Of a stretch of 64,000 bases of DNA, positions 11,119 through 26,100 are shown piece after piece (within the stretch, counting starts at the first letter, position 1; every line of letters begins with the position of its first letter). Location: positions 558,001-622,000 of the forward strand of contig JBNJNM010000014.1 in NCBI GenBank assembly GCA_052426225.1, in the 5' to 3' direction. Origin of the DNA: Zancudomyces culisetae HAW-14-8. Lineage: Eukaryota > Fungi > Kickxellomycota. The position numbers and the translations under genes are program-made. The notes beneath the pieces are model-generated. The model made no database searches, was not told the DNA's origin, and was given only the letters and a program-made list of their open reading frames with translations.

Positions 11119-13398
11119 AAGGTTTAACACAGAAAAAAGTTTAGCAGCTACACAATCTTCAAACCAAAACTCAAGATAGTCAGAAGAAGAGGGAAGGAAA
11201 TCATCAACATCAAAGTCAACTTGATGAGAAGAGATGGACGAAGAAGGAGCAGGGGAGGTGTGAGTAAAAGGAGAAGCATTGAGGTGGATGCAGATGCGAG
11301 ATTTTGAAACAAGGTCGACAGTCATGTGAAGAATCAGATCAAGAGAAATGATGGAAAAGGCAATGTGGTTAGAAACTGGGCAAAGTTGGTAGTTGAAGCA
11401 GCTTTCGGAAAGATGGTTGGATAACAGACGATTGAAACCAGAGGCAATTTTCGAGAGATATAAATATACAAAATGGGAATGAATCAGAGATTTTAGCTCG
11501 GTGATATTGGTAACGGAGCCTACAGAGCTGTTTTTGTTACTGCTATTAGCAGTATTGTTTAGCAAAGTGGGAGTAGAGGCGTAGAGGAAGGAGAGATCGA
11601 ATAGACCAGTGAACATGTCGAATTTGATAATGAGTAGAAAGGAATTGATAGAGTCGAGGACGTGGACGTTTACATAGTACTTGGGAAGTCTCTGGTTCGT
11701 AGTGGATTCTTGGTAAAAGGTTTCAAACAAAGTCTTTGAGCGAGTAATGTTTTTGAACTGAGAATAATAATGTCGAATCACTGAATCCAATTCGGTAATG
11801 TTGTGTAGAGCAACCAACGATTTCGTCACCGTTTCCAAGCCGCCTTTATTGTTTGGTTTGGATGACAGTTGTGCAGATAACACCATTGCCAAATCCGCCG
11901 ACGTTTTTTCCCAACTGTTTGGGCTGCTTTGGCCATTTTGTGGAGGCGTTTGCTTTATTTGCTCGTTGAACCCTGTTCTTACCTTGTGAAATTGTAGTTG
12001 GTATACTTTATTTTCTACCTTTATTGGCACGCTTAATACATCGACATCTGCCTGACTTATTTGCCTCTCTCCTTTTCCTATCGTTCCCTTTGATGTGGCT
12101 TGAGCTTCGCTTTTAAGATATTCAAACACATTGGTCGCGTATACGTTGTTTCTGGCTTGTAGTAGTTTCAGCTCTGATATCTCTTTAGCATTCTGACTGT
12201 ATTCTGGCCTTAGAATTGCTGATAACTCTAGTGTATTGTTTCCTTTTACCTGTTTGTTTAGTACAATTTTAGTCTCCAAGTAAACCATCGAGTCGTATGG
12301 AATCTTAATTTCCACCTGTTGGTTTTGTTTGGACTCCACTATATCTGCATATTCAACCCCACCAATACCTCTGCTATTATTACCGCCTCTACCACCACTT
12401 CTGATATGATTATGGTTGTGACTATGGCTGCTTCCACTACTACCGCTGCTGCTGCCATATGGAATATAAAATTTAGCACCGTCTTTCATCTTTTCGTGTT
12501 GTCCTATTACCCAGTGCCGCTTCCTAAGTTCCAAAGCTCGTTTCCACACTTGCTTGTTATGTTCTGTTATTTCTTCCAACCTTTTTGTGTGTTCTTTTAA
12601 CAATTTGCTGGCCTCCATTAATTGTTTTTGTTTAAAACCTAGCCCAAGTTGATACTGCGTTACTATTTCCCTGGTGCTCTTGCTTTGTGTCTCTATAGTT
12701 GCAAGTCTCATCGTGTCGTTCCCTACCATTTCTATATCCTCACCTACCTCTGCTCTATCTCCGAGATGCCCGCCTTCTCGCCCCAGTTCTATATTTTTGG
12801 ATTCCAGTAGTAACATTACCATATCTAAAGCCACTGCCATTTCGGATCTCGCATGCCTATTTTTATTTATTTTTCGCTTTAATTGTATTCCTAAAGCCAT
12901 ATGTATATCACCGCTATTGCAAATATAACAACATTTATTTATTTTCTAATATTTTACCATAGTTTGCTGTGAAGTTGTTGCTGCATCTCGTTGACATTTG
13001 CTTTGGATTGATCTTTTTTTCTGACTTCTTCAACCTCCATATCATTTTCTCCCCCCATTTCTTCCCCTTTGTTATCCAAAATCATCTCTAAGCCCTTGAA
13101 ATTTAAGTGTTCCTCCCATAATTGCGCTATTTTGTTTTCCATCTTTTCGTTGTACCTAGATTGATTTCCACAACATTATTAATCTCTCACCATTTTGCTC
13201 CAGAATCATCTAAAGTAAACATACACATATACTCTTCATTCATGTATAATTATCCTGCTTGACATACCTCAACACGTCACCATCCTTATGGTCAACTGTA
13301 TTCTTTAAAGATGGTTTCTCATCTTGCCCCTCAGCTTGTATTTTTGATATTACCTCGGATTTTGTACCCTCCAACGTTAAATATACTAAACTCTCCAT
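11110..13398 (-). CDS. MED17: Mediator subunit 17 (Srb4), 3 exons
   Basis: ATG 13398; introns ~13267-13157 and ~12957-12858 give KIAQLWEE..KLWHARSEMAVALDMVMLLL..WKRALELRKRHW..LLQARNNVYATNVFEYL, matching the Med17 pattern. Confidence 0.75.
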
Positions 13399-13780
13399 GT
13401 TTTTTTCTCGCTACTATTCTCCTTTGATAATTATGGTATTTGGATCTTTGTTCATAAAAATACTAAACAACCTTAATCTTTTACTATTTGCTACTACATT
13501 TTGTTTACCAAAAACAAAATTGTACTAACGCATTTTTTTTTTCACTTTTGTTTCGATTTCTGAACAACACTAGTAGTTCAGAAAAAATAGCACCTAACTA
13601 ACCATTGGCTGGTGTATTGTTTGAATTTTTTCTATTAATTTTCCTTTTTTTTTCTTATTCTCTTGGTTGCGTAATGCTTGAACCCATTTACTAGGAAATA
13701 GGTAACTTATTATTCAAATTCGATTTTGTTGGATACCACTAATAAAGTATTAAAAATCGTAAAAACACAGATATTACAAC

Positions 13781-14164
13781 ATGAACGTCGATTCAAAAAC
13801 AATGGAAACCGATGCCGCTGAAAAGCAACTGCTTTCCACTCTAGACGAAGACATTGAATTCGAAGAATTCGAAGCTGAGGATTGGGTCGAAGACGACAAA
13901 GAAAAACAAGATTTAAACTTGTGGGATGAAGATTGGGACGACGATGATTTGGAAGATGACTTTTCTGCCCAAATTAGGTACGCTACTTTCTTTTCATTCT
14001 ACCATTTTGGGAACTCTACATTTCCTTTTTTATGGATAAGTATATAATACTATGATAAATATAATACTCTGTCACTGTTTCAAACTTAAAATTGTTAATC
14101 ATTGATATGTTATTGTAGGGCCGAGTTGGAGAAGGTTTCAAAATCCCAATCGATGATTGTGTAA
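13781..14164 (+). CDS. SEM1: Proteasome lid/TREX-2 subunit Sem1/DSS1 (intron 13978-14118)
   Basis: LDEDIEFEEFEAEDW..LWDEDWDDDDLEDDFSAQIR|AELEK after splicing. Confidence 0.93.
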
Positions 14165-17123
14165 AAAATAAAAACAACTGTACTTTCTCTCTGAATATTT
14201 TTTTTGGGGGGAGGGTGTGTTCATACTCTTCATTTTTATTAACTATCATATTATTTTTGCCCTGGTGTTCTTGGTTTGTTTACAAGTACTTTTTTTAAAA
14301 AAGAAAGGCTAAATAGCCGGTTAATAATAAAAATGCATATCGCATGTCATATAAATCCTTATTCGTTTGTAGGGATGGAAAGGATCCACCAACATTGCCT
14401 TTTTTGTGGGTAGGGACGATTGTATACAAATGTGTTTAGTTTTAGCGTATGACGAGGCTGTCTTTATGTAAATTATCTGTTAATACAACGCCGATAAGGG
14501 ATGGTGATGTTGACTATTCGGTACATCAAGTGTTTGCGCACGTCCTTTCTTCAGCTGTGCTTCAAGTTCTTGCTAGAGCAATTAGCACAATCCCCGGTGT
14601 CTCCTATACGCCGTACTTTTTGATGAACTTGTGTGTGTAATCGACAATTTTGTTTGTCAAGCATTGTAGGGATATATGCACAAACCGTTACATTTACTTT
14701 TTTTTTTTCAATGTATTTAAAATTCATGAATCAAACAAAAAAAAACAGGATCAATAATTGTAGAAATCTGTTTGCGCCAAGTTCTTTTATGTTAGCACAC
14801 GAGTAAATGTAGTGTGGCATTCCTTAATTGCTTTCTAAAAGTCCATTGAGGTAACGAAAGAATACATACATAGTGGTCATTGAAAAAAATAAAACTGATT
14901 GCTCTTTCTGAGTACAATCAGCATAAAAAGTTGTGGGACTGGTGATAGATGTTAAACATAAAGGCCAGCAAACTATACTTTTGAGATGTAGTTTATATTG
15001 CTATTTATTTTGATTTGAATAATTTATTCAGATTAATTCACATGCACCGACGACTCTCAAGTTTTAAGGAGTTAATTACGAGAAGAGGGGAGAGAATAGA
15101 TTTTATAAAGAATTTATTTCTCTTTGTACATAGAAAGCGAATACATTTCTGTCCTTTTGGAATCAACAAAAATTGCTGCCAAATTTTTATCAGTTTATGC
15201 CCCTCCCCACAATAACCATCCAGATTGATATTCAAAGAACAGAAAAGATATACTGGCAAAACTTTGCTGGTTAGTGGCAAAATTTGACTACATTTAGTTT
15301 TAATACGACCAGCAGAGAGTGATGGATGGATTGCTTACAGTACCACAGCAACTACTCTTCCCTGATTTCCCCCCCCCCAAGATTTAGTGTTGCAGTTATT
15401 ACAATTTGCATTATTTTGATCTACTATTGTAAGCTATACAAGCAGGTATTCTAGAATCTTCCTAATTTGAAAACGAAAAAATAATCCTATTCCCCTTCTA
15501 TTCAATGCCGTAATGAACCTCCCCCTTTGTCCTAGCCAGCTTAGCTGAAACGAAATTGGTTATGGGAATAGAATGGTTAAAAGCAGGGTTTAGTGTTACA
15601 AAAACACAAGTAATTTGTTAAGTGGGGGGGGGGTGTGGCGCCTTTTGTGTGCATCTTGGCTGGTATTTTGTATAGGTAAGTGGTTTACCCAATTATACGG
15701 TCGTTTTCATTAACCTGGTGCTGCTATCCAATGGCGTTGATAAACAAATATGTTGATTCGAATAAATTGCAAACAAATTACAACAAAACAAATACTATCT
15801 ACTGGGCAAACTTGGCAAGTAAAAAAAAAAGCAAAGAGAAGGTTCCTGGCTTATTCAGCCAGCTGGGCCGATATTGAGTTGGCAATCGTTTTATAATGTG
15901 AAAGACTAGTTTAAGGTAAATAAGGTAACACGTAATTTAATAGGCGGTTAATATCAGGAAAAGAAAATTAGCGAGAAAGTTTACACCTTGCTCTTTGCAA
16001 AAGGCTCAATTGAAAATCAAAAAGCGTTTGCATAAATTGCAGATATATTTTTGCAAAAATAAAGGTCAAATGGGTGTTGTGCACTTAAATTTTGGAACAG
16101 AATGCTTAAATTTGATTAGGTGAACAGTTGTAATTATGAAAAAAATTCATCAGTATATCATTAATGCAAAAGGATAGCTGAAAAAATAATAACACCAAAA
16201 AGAGAACATAAAGGTTTTGTTTATCAGAAACAAATATTTAACTTATATCCCTTATAGAACCGATCACAATAGACCTATTTTGTTGTAACTTTACACGGAT
16301 TCTTATTTCAACAAAGAATTGATGTTTTCAACTAAACGACTTTTCATTAAATATCTATAATAAAGGAGTATACAGGTTTGGAAAGAAAAGAAAGAACGAA
16401 ACAAGAAAAAGAAGGGTATTATAATAGCTGAAAGAACAACGACTCTAATGAGTGGGGGAGTATTTTAGAGTAAATTTAAAGTAATAAAAAAAAGAGGGAA
16501 TAACTGTATTTTTAAATTGCAATTTGTAAATGAAATTTGGGCTAGTCACGGTCATAATCGCATGATATTGTAAATTCCAAGGCGCAAAAAAACACAAGAA
16601 AAGGTAACTTGAAAATTTAAACGTATATAACTTGGTGTATTAAAAAAAAAGGCTGGTGGTTGATACTAGATCAAATAGCAGGGATTGATATTACCACTGG
16701 TATTAGGATGTATAGTTGGGTTATTGGTAGAGTTGATGGTGGAAAATACCTTTTTTTGTATTCTTTGATTAATTGTGAAATACTTCAAGTAGAAAAGACA
16801 GATAAAAGTAATTCCTAAATAATTGAAATAATAGGACTCAGCTTTGAGGGTATAATATGAACGTGTGTTGTATAACCATACAGTAGACAAATAATAGTAA
16901 GTATATGTAAAAAGTATATTTAACAGCGATAACTGCAATGATATACAATGAAACCACACCCACCACAATTTTATAGTTCTAAAAAGATAACAGGGATTGC
17001 ATTATTTAATACCAGAGATAAACAAGAATTGTATTGAATAATAGAATATCTCTGGTAAAGCTAATTTGGGGAAAACCACACAGCATTTCACTTGACAGGT
17101 TCGATTGAATTCATATTTTCACG

Positions 17124-20100
17124 ATGAGTTTTATTAAAAATCTAATAAAAAATAAAAAGAGCGAAGGTGGCCATTTAGAACGTAAGTATACTAGTTGAAA
17201 TAGACAACTTGTAATTTATTATTACTTATAAATGGATATAAGTTAATGGTATTGGTGATTGATACTCATGTTTTGCATCAAATGAAATACAAATGACAAT
17301 AATGACTTTGGAAAATAAATAGATCTTGAGCAGGAGCAAGATCTAAAAAGAAACATTTTCGGAAGGTTGGTGAGACCTACAAAGCATAAAAAAGGAGATA
17401 AAACCAAGAATGCAGATGTGGGAGGAATAAAGTATAGTCATAGTACAACAGCTCTTTTGAGGTTAGCAGAGAGGGCAGAGGATAGTGATACAGATAAAGG
17501 TGCTCCAAGTGATATTAGGGGGGACAAAACCAACATTGTATCCAGTGCAAGTGTGAGGGTGGGTTCTAGTGGGAATGTTTTAGAGTTTAATAATCTACGA
17601 GTAGATCTGGATGTATCAAAAATACACGAAATTGTAGATTTTGATAAACTAGCAGAAAATGAGGGGAAAAAAAGAAGTTTTAGCGAAAAAAAATATTCAA
17701 AAAATGGAACGCTGGTAGATGAAGATGTTGATGATTCACAACGGGTCACTTCGATTACAAGAAAGATGACTAGTAAAAGGAGACGAAGGAGGGCGCAAAG
17801 GTATGCAAGATATCAAAACAGAGGAAGAGGTCTAAGTGACACTGAGATAGTAGCCAGGCTTGAGAGTGAACACGAAAAAGAGTTTGAGGACAGAGATGAG
17901 TATACGGGTGGAGGAGGAAAAAGGTATAGAATGTTCAGATCAGAAAGTAAGGATAGTAAAAGTCAAAGCATGGAGCGAATTTTTCGGCATGGTACTCTGT
18001 ATCAGCCTGGAGGAGAGTCAGATTTTTCAGTACCTTGTGAGCGGAAAGGGAATGAAAATACACAACTAAAGGGGCTACAGGGATATACCATAAGAGAGAA
18101 AAAGTCATTCATTTTTGACGATGGAGTGAGGGCAAGTCAGCTACATTCAGAACAGAACAAAAAAAATGAACTGTCACACCACACCACAAAGAGGGAGAGT
18201 AATGTGGCGAAGAAAGATCAAGATCAGGCTATTTCTGAAAACCCTGAAGATAGCTCTCTAGAAGACGAACCCAAAATATGGGAGGCACCCGAATCATGGG
18301 CACTTGTTTCTTTAGGCGCTGATAAGTCTAACATTGAGGAGCTCAGCGGGGATATTAGTCATCGAGACAGACTGCACTCGAAAAAGGGATCAAGCTTTCT
18401 TACAGATGATGGGAGAAATTATTTTTTAAGAGTTTATAATCCTTCAGACACTTTTGGTACATTTAGCTGCAAGCTGACTACAACAACATCAGAACTGAAG
18501 GCGATGGCTGGAAGAAAGTTTTTTATATCCGATATTTCACTGCACAGTTTAATGTTGCGTCGAGGAAACGGACTGGAAAGAATATTGGAGGAGGACGAGT
18601 GTCCTGCGCTGATAATGAAGCAACTATTATTGGAGTTAGGCTATTCCGATAGAGATAATCTACCGATTATGTTCAAAGATGATAATTCGTATTTGATTAA
18701 GCTTAAAATAGTAAAGTCTGGAATACTAAAAGTTGATCTGGGGCCGGAAGAGGCTGGGAGAGAAGATGAGATAGATCTATCGGCAAAAAAATTGCAAACA
18801 ATTCCAGTACAATTGTTTACACAGGCGTCAATGTTATCTAAAATAAACATCTCATTGAACCCTGGGTTGATACTACCAAGAGATTTTTTGTCAAAATGTA
18901 CAAACTTGAAGGCAGTAAATGCTTCGTTTTGTAATTGTAAGAAGTTTCCAGAGTCGTTAAAGTATGCAAAACAGCTGGAGCAGCTTTGTTTAAGTGATAA
19001 CGAAATAGAAGATCTGATCGGAGTAGGGCTTGGAGGGTTTAAACTTTTATCAGTGTTAAACTTGAAAAACAACAGAATATTTGATGTTCCAGATTCATTT
19101 ATGCGACTAAAAAACTTGACAGTATTGGATCTGAGTAACAATGATTTTTCAGAGTTCCCTGAAGTTTTGGGAAAGTTGGTAAACTTGACAGAGTTAGATT
19201 TGTCTTATAATCAAATCACAAGTATGTCACCGACAATTAGGAGATTGGTGAATCTTCAATATTTGAGTGTGAGTGCTAATGACATACAGGGAGAATTACC
19301 AGCAGTAATGAATCGGTTGGTAAAACTGAGAGAATTTTACTGCGACTTTAATAAAATCACAGATATAAGCGCTGTGAGCGAGTTGAAGGGGTTAGAGGTT
19401 CTATCGTGTTCAAGAAATAAGCTAACAAGGCTGAAGTTGTCGTTGCCAAGTGCTAAATACTTAAATTTTGCATACAACTCAATATCCAAAATACAAATAC
19501 TTAACCCTGAAAGTGATTACAATGCGCTCGAAAATGGCGGATTTGGAGAAATATGTACTACCAACCAATTACAGAGACTTAATTTAAAATATAACAGGCT
19601 GACAGAGCTCAGAAGTGAGATGCTGGAGTGTTTGCCTATGCTGGAATATTTAGAACTGGAGTTTAACCATTTTGTAGCATTACCAAGATCGATTGGACAG
19701 TTAAGACGATTGGAGGTTTTAAAAATATCCAACAACTATTTAACCACGCTTCCAAAGGAGATATCCGAGCTTTATAATCTAATATATTTGGATGCACACA
19801 AAAACGACATTAAGAATATTCCTGTAGAGATTTGGATGTTGGGTAGTTTATCTGAGCTCAATTTGTCATCAAATAGGATTCATGAGTTTCCACATCCTAC
19901 TACATTAAATGACAGAAACAAGTCAAAGTACGAACAGAGTTCGGTAAGGGCAGCGATAGTTTCTAATGTGTTTGACGAGAGCATGTTACAATCTGGTAAT
20001 AGGTTTAGGTTTGAGAGTAGACATTTAAGTACGGATGGGTTATTACAATCAGATAAATCACTAGGGTATAATTCATACGCCGAGGGTAGCAGCGGAGCTG

Positions 20101-23100
20101 GTCTAGGTATGGGGGGAGAGGAAGGAGGTTCAGGGTATTTTGACCAATCTAAGAAAGTAAGCCTTGATAATCCACCCCCTCTATCAAGTAGCTTGAAAAT
20201 ATTGTATTTGGCCAACAATCACTTTAGCGAGGATGTATTTTCAGCGTGTAGTTATTTTAAAGAGCTAAAAGTGCTTAATTTGTCGTATAATGATTTGTAC
20301 GAAATTCCAATAATGTCAAAGTATGTGGGTTTAGAATATGAACAAAACACGGCACGTAACAGTAGAGTAGTCATGAGGAGAAGTGGTGGTGGGAGTACTG
20401 ACAGGAACGAAATGTCTGATTTATACCGATCCAATAACACCAGGAAGAAAAGCGAAAAGAATATAGACACATTGATGGAAAAGCTGGAAGAATTGTATTT
20501 ATCAGGTACTCAGATCTCCACGATTCCCGAAGAAACATTTACGGATAGCTGGAGAAGACTAAAAGTTTTGTATATTAACGGAAATAAGTTTCAATCATTA
20601 CCATCGTGGTTTGTTAAATTGACGAGGTTGGAGGTGTTGGATGCAAGTAGTAATGTTTTGAAATACAACATCGGAAACTGGCACTATGATTGGAATTGGA
20701 ATTGGAATTTGAACCTGCAGGTGCTGAATTTCTCCTATAATACAAGATTTGAGATAGCCAAAGCAAAGAGTTTCGCAGTGAAAACGCAAAATTTTGTTGG
20801 AGACGGGTTTGATGGATATGATGCTATGTTACTCTCGTCAAACGGGCCATCGACGACATCAATCCTAAAGTCTCGTAGCAGAACTTCAAGCAGTGGAAGT
20901 AGTTATTTGACAATGATGCAATACGGAGTCAACGTCAACAACCCAAACCCAAACTTTACAGCTTACAATTACATAGGATATAGCAGTGGACATCCAGGAC
21001 GCGAACTGGAGGAGCTGATGAAAAACGAAATTGTTTTGGGACCATATGTGACATCACCAAACGCAACAGATTCAATGCAAGATTTATCAAACTTTTTTAG
21101 ACTTACCAAGCTCAAGACATTGGGACTATTAGAACTGACGGTGATGGTCCAATTGCCTGAAGATACTCCACTAAGAAGAGTTAGAATGACAGACAAGTTT
21201 AAAAGAGTTAATTATGGAATTGCAGATACTTTTACCATAAAGCCAAAATTAAACAAAAGACAGTCGTTAGGATATGGAAATTTGATTGAACAACCGTCTG
21301 GAAGCTATCTTTTGGGTGATAGTGTTGGTGGCGAGGTTGGAAATGAAGGCGAGCAAGCCATTGGGAGAAATGAGTCAAAACAAGATTTGACATATCTGGG
21401 CAAACAACAGAAGGATGAAAGCAGCGAAGGTGAAGTGGTAACAGTATTTCGTGATATGGTGTATGGAAAAGTTCGTAATTCGGATGAGGAAATGTTGTTT
21501 GGAATAGTCGGATCGCTTAATTGTACAAATGAATCGGTTGGAGGAGCAATCACAAAATATATTAGCGAAGCATTTCTGGTATTTTTTAAATATGAGTTGG
21601 ATAAAATCGACGCCAATATAGATTCGAAAAGAAATAGTGCGATGAGTGGTGTTTGTAGTACTTCGTTCTCGTTAGTATCTGAGAAATCTGATGTAGGAAA
21701 TGTTTCCAGTGCTAATGAGCATTACGAGCATCCTAACACTACTGGAATAGTTAGTACTACTACTGCTACCAACCCTAACACCACTGCGGCGACTACTACT
21801 ACTACTACACGTACTACCGCCACTACCGAATCTACTACTGTAGATAAAAAAGGCAGTAAAACACAATCGGGTTCTAAAAAACCGCGATCTTTGGTGGGAA
21901 CCTTTTCAATCTTTGGTAGAAAAGAGCACAAACCCAGTGGAAATAGTAGCAGTAGTAGTAGTGCCAATGCTCACTTTGTCAATACTACTAACACAGTTGA
22001 TGTTGATACTACTAATACTCCTGGAAAGAAAAGTAGTGCAGTGACAACGCAATCTAGCCACAAAATCGTTCGCAGAAGCAATCTTGCCTCCCAAGCTGTC
22101 TTTGGGGGTATTAGATTTGCTAGAGAGAGCTTTTCTGTGTTTGGTGGAAAAAGAAGATCGTCAGATACTAATAAATCAGTTGATTCTATAGAAAAAGAAG
22201 ATGGTAATATAAATGCAGGCGGTGACGGTCGTGGTCGTGGTCGTGGTAGTGTTAGTGTTAGTGTTGGTGGTAGTGGTAGTGGTGGTAATTCCGCTAAAAG
22301 AAGGATATCAATATTTGGAATCAAGTCTATCAATAAACATGAAGCTCCTCCACCTGTTCGTCCAGAAATTACTGAGAGCAATTATGGTGGTGCCAATGCC
22401 CATGCAAACCATATTATTGAAACAAGCGATTTCATCAAAAGACCAGTTTTGGACAAGCATTTGGAAGTCCAGGAGGTCTCTAATGCACTTAGGAGGACGT
22501 TTTTAGAGTTAAATAAGAATTTGGGATCGCAAATATATAACTGGCGGTTTTCTAAACTCAGCGGCAACGATTCTGGGATTTCAAATGAAGATCAAAATGG
22601 CATTACAGATAGGAAAGGATCGATAGCGGGTGATAATCCATTTGATGCTTCAGGGGGTGATACTTCAGATTCCAGACTTCCAGGGTCGGATATCCCCAAC
22701 ATTGATGAAGATGTCTTTTCCAGACGATTTAGTGGTGTGAGCTCAATCTATACTGCAGACCTTTTGCAACACCCAGTAATGCCATCAAAACTAACTGTAG
22801 GAAATAAGGAGTATAATTATGAGACTGATTTTGAGGAGGCGGCAATTATTCGCAAGCTGAAAGAATTGAGTTTTGAAAATAATTTATTCTCTGTTGACGA
22901 AAATACAAAATCTGAAGATGAACAGCAACCACACCAAAAGCAGCAGTATTTTAATCCCTTCCTGGCAGGAGCTACAGCAGTGGTTGCATTTATTCAACGA
23001 CAGACATTGTATATTGCCAGCAATGGTGACTATACGTGTGTGCTGAGCAGAAAGGGGCAGCCAATAGTTATGGCATTCCGTCACAATTTACACCAGACTG

Positions 23101-26100
23101 CTGAAATCAACCGCATCAAAAACGCAGGTGGATACATAATGCCTAGAGATATAGCGAATGTAGGAGTGGCGGCTGGAGCAGCAAAGGTAGTAGAAGGAGG
23201 TTGGTTTCGTCACAAACAGCAACCACCAGTGACTCGAGCATTTGGAAGCTTTGGACTGCAGCCATTCATAAGCCCTTCACCGACAATTCGATCTACTGTG
23301 CTTTCTACTGACGATGAATTTATAATTTTGGCAGACAAGAGTTTGTGGGACGTTATAAGTCCTGCAAATGCGATAGAAATAGCAAGTCGATACAGTCGTA
23401 CCAGAAACCCCGAGCTGGCAGCAGCACGGCTAAGAGATTTGGCAATGTCATATGGGTTAAAGAACAACCTCATGGTAATGGTTATACAATTTAATCCTTT
23501 GTTTACTACCGAAGGCAAGTATTCGGGTGGCGATTTATCTAAATCTGTCCGAACTTCCATACTAAATCGTTCGAAAAAGTTGACTACGGATGGTGGTGCG
23601 GCAACTGTATCCGGTGTTGGAGTCGATGACTCTCGAAACTTTTTGTCTGTTGACGAAAATGGCGAATTGCCATACTCACCGACTCCATCTAATCCCCTAT
23701 CGCCACAGCCGGTTATTTTGGAGGAAGAAAATATTGATCTTTTCGGATATCGTGAATTTGGTTGTTACTGTGATTGTTTTCCTGGAATTCTTGAAACTAT
23801 AGCCGAAGAAAGATTGATTCCTCCTGACAACAAGATGCAGGTTTTGCAGCAATTAAAAAAACAGCAGCAACAATATCAGCAGAAAAAGAATCAAAATAAC
23901 GCCCAAGATCTACATTCTCGCTCTCATACTCATACTCGTACCCACAACCATACCCATACGCACCCTCACGACCAACAAACTGAGCAGTATCCGTTCTATG
24001 ATACTGACTATTCACAATACCAGGGCCGAGGTAGACACCCGCTAGGATCTACTAGTAGCGCAATGGGATTAGACGATATCAATTCTGGAATCAATTCTTC
24101 CGCCACAAGTCTTAGTGTGCTGACTGGTGCAGCACTCTCGCTTGCTCGTGAGATCGAACCACCTATAGGCGAAGTTGCACTAGTGTTTACTGATGTAAAA
24201 AACTCGACTGCCCAGTGGGAAGCTCGTCCTGCTGCCATGCGCGAGACAATAAAAACTCACAATGCAATTATGCGACAATTATTAAGAGTTGTTGGAGGTT
24301 ATGAAGTTAAGACGGAAGGCGATGCATTTATGGTCAGTTTTTCTACAGTTGCCAAAGCTCTTAATTGGTGCTTATTGGTTCAACTGGCATTAATTTCAGC
24401 TGAATGGCCATCTGAAGTCTTAGAGTCAGAGGATGGTAAGCCTATCTTTTTTCCGAAGGGTCAATTACCCTCAAATGTTACTTTGACTGATTTTATTCAA
24501 TTCAATGATCGTATAATGGGAAATACGCCCACTGCTAACCAAATACCTGACAAGTACGATAACCAACAACAACAACAACAACAACAACACCTGCAGCGAC
24601 AGCAATCTTTGGACGACTTAGAAACACCAATCGCTGATAGATCAAAAGCTGAAAAAAAAGAAGATCGTTTTGCTGGTTTCGATAAAACTACTATATATAG
24701 AGGTCCTCGAATCCGAATGGGTGTTCACTTTGGCACTCCTGTGTGTGAAGAAGATCCAATTACTCATCGTATGGATTATTTTGGGCCAATGGTTAACCGT
24801 TCGGCAAGAGTAAGCGGGGCTGCTGATGGTGGTCAGATCTTTGTTAGTCAGGATGTATTTAATGAGGTCGGTGCTATTTTACAGATTTTTGAGTCAGCAC
24901 GACGTGAAAAAAACAACGATATGTCTAAATATATTCGAGATGCCCAGCTTGCGAGAGATGTACAACTATTATGGGATTTGGGGCTTTGTTCGACTGTTGT
25001 TGGAGAACGCAGACTGAAGGGTTTGGAAGAACCTGACTTTTTATACTGTGTTTATCCATTATCACTTGGTGGTAGACTTGTTTACGAACGACTATTGAAA
25101 GAAAAAGAACTTCAAAATAACGCCAAAAAGAAATCATCCAGACCTGCTGCAAATAAATCTCGAAAACCCATTTCTCCCACGGTTGAATCACCGAATGCTC
25201 TAAAACCCAAGTCTAAAAGCAGATATAGAAACAAACCAAAATTACAAACCTCTCAGACTCCAGCCATTAACACACTTACTCAAATGCATCCACGCGGGTA
25301 TGAAAATGCTTTACAACCACTACTACCTGTAAATACCAACATCGACTCTATTGGCCTACAACCATCTGCTTCTATCAGTCCCTCAAACATAAACGTAAAT
25401 ACAAATATTAGTAGTATATTCACATCCGCCTCGTTAAATAACTTAGAACATGCGAACCGTGAGTACAAATCATTTAGCCCGGTAAATGATGGATCAAAAT
25501 CATCAGCCTTTGACTCCCCAGATAGGTACAATAGTGAATCTAGTGTTGCTCCCAGACCTGTCAAATTGAAAAGATCAAAGACCACCATCTCTGGGGGTAG
25601 TGGTAACAATAACAATCGTAGTGGTAGTGGTGGTGGTGGTGGACATTATAGCAGACATCTTCACCATCCTTACAACCAGAGAAAGCTTGCTGGAAACATT
25701 CTTTCGTCTCCCAACTTTTACCGTGTTAAAAGACTTTCTTCAAGGTATTCAATCAGTACTCCGGATTTAAAAAATGATGAAAGCCAAGCTGCAAATTTAC
25801 GAGATTCAAAAGAAAAGCCCAGAAAAGTATCCACACTTAAAAAGAGAATATCAGACGCTCATGCTGGTTTGAGCGATAGTGAAGCCTATAATGCTAACCT
25901 CTATTCCCCGAATCCATCTGAGCTTGATATTTTTTCAACTAATCGCAGGCATTCTAAAAGAGGTGGTGAGAATTTTTGTAACTATTCATTGACTCCCTCT
26001 GATCCACCTGAGTTTTCGCTGCAAACTCGATCAACTACAATCGAGGCTCAAACCGAAACCGAAACTGAGACCGAAACTGAGACCGAAGCTAAAGGTACTT